The notes below the pieces were generated by a model that was not told the DNA's origin, searched no databases, and saw only the letters and a list, made by a program, of their open reading frames with translations. From positions 1-6,297 of the forward strand of contig JAWBON010000067.1 of assembly GCA_038826135.1 (NCBI GenBank): a stretch of 6,297 nt of DNA, read 5' to 3'. Positions 5,403-6,297 of this stretch are shown piece after piece. The DNA is from Candidatus Odinarchaeota archaeon (lineage in GTDB: Archaea > Asgardarchaeota > Odinarchaeia > Odinarchaeales > Odinarchaeaceae). Within the stretch, counting starts at the first letter, position 1. Each line of letters begins with the position of its first letter. The translations under genes and the position numbers were made by a program.

Positions 5403-6297
5403 TTGATAAAAAACAAAATAATACCATTAATAATAATTATTTCAATACTGTCATTAACAGGACTCTACTTTCTATCACCCACCATATCCTATAGCGGAGG
5501 CGGAACAGAAGAATATGCAAGACCCGGATCAGCATACATGACAGGCACCCATTACAATGACATCATCACCCTACCATCATCACCTAACACAACCGTTGAC
5601 GTACCAACAGGTTGGAGTATAACCCAGACAAATATATCCATCTCGAACCTTGTAGAGTCTGATGATTTCATAATTAACGGAACATTCGATACGGGTAGCG
5701 GAACCTCCAGTCCACCCTGGAGCTACGGCGAGTATGATCCCGGGAACATTGCAAGCGGTTCATGGGTGAATGGACTACCCTTATCAGGTAATAAATGCGT
5801 TTACGCACAGATGCCAGCCGCCTCTGGGGGAACAACATTCCAAAAAGGTACAGTAAGTTATTGGACAGCCAATTTCACCGTTAATAAGGGAGTAGTAACA
5901 GATGCTATTTTGGATTTATGGTATTATGCTGATTTCGCATCAAATTTTGATCGCGGTGAATTCCAAGCATATGTTTATGTGGAAGGCCATACTGTTTGGG
6001 CCAGAGGGTTCAATGAAATTTCTGATGCGGGTCAAAGAAACACTTGGGTTCATTTAACAATAAATATATTTACTGACACTAATGGCCAACCTGTATTTAA
6101 TTTACCAAACGATCAGAATATTAACGTAAGAGTTGGTGTTAGATATACATCCGGAACTGCTACTTATAGTGGCTGGACTTCGAATAACCGTGTATATTAC
6201 GATAATGTATCAATTGTTTTAACAGCGCAAGTTAAAGCTGAGCAATTGAACCTTACAGTAACAGATCCGAACTTATCAAACCATACTTTGGTATCTA
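5403..6297 (+). CDS. Secreted/cell-surface glycoprotein, N-terminal 298 codons (3' end outside window), with a probable beta-sandwich/CBM-like domain
   Basis: Manual translation finds no stop from TTG 5403 to the window end: MIKNKIIPLIIIISILSLTGLYFLSPTISYS (signal peptide-like)...VDVPTGWSITQTNISISNL...IINGTFDTG...PWSY...LWYY...RNTWVHLT...RVYYDNVSIVL.... It is S/T/N/G/aromatic-rich with 8 N-x-S/T sequons. Confidence 0.88.
   Translation, partial: MIKNKIIPLIIIISILSLTGLYFLSPTISYSGGGTEEYARPGSAYMTGTHYNDIITLPSSPNTTVDVPTGWSITQTNISISNLVESDDFIINGTFDTGSGTSSPPWSYGEYDPGNIASGSWVNGLPLSGNKCVYAQMPAASGGTTFQKGTVSYWTANFTVNKGVVTDAILDLWYYADFASNFDRGEFQAYVYVEGHTVWARGFNEISDAGQRNTWVHLTINIFTDTNGQPVFNLPNDQNINVRVGVRYTSGTATYSGWTSNNRVYYDNVSIVLTAQVKAEQLNLTVTDPNLSNHTLVS

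Noticed and set aside
1-6297. tRNA/rRNA genes, CRISPR arrays, IS elements, integrases
   Set aside because: No cloverleaf, repeat-spacer periodicity, terminal inverted repeats or transposase motifs were seen, and intergenic gaps are short.

Overview
AT-rich archaeal chromosomal window with archaeal-type SAM synthetase, TATA/BRE-like promoters and GGTGA/GGAGG Shine-Dalgarno sites. An Asgard (possibly Odinarchaeia-like) origin is inferred, not proven. Gene order: mat (+); a converging three-gene minus-strand operon (alkaline-phosphatase-superfamily phosphodiesterase, then a 215-aa coiled-coil protein, then a PHP phosphoesterase); a 4-TM membrane protein (+); an AK6/Fap7-type adenylate kinase (-); and a secreted surface glycoprotein (+, from TTG 5403, running off the window and absent from the ORF track). 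Most notable: (1) the C-terminal ~85 aa of the 215-aa protein align by eye with the eukaryotic ESCRT-I Vps28 C-terminal four-helix bundle, in an operon with no ESCRT genes; (2) the PHP gene is 80 codons longer than the ORF track shows and has no canonical start codon, with TTT where TTG is expected behind a perfect SD; (3) a ~1 kb patch is A/C-rich on the + strand across two divergent genes and ends inside the surface-protein ORF. All homology calls are by-eye motif recognition; no searches were run.
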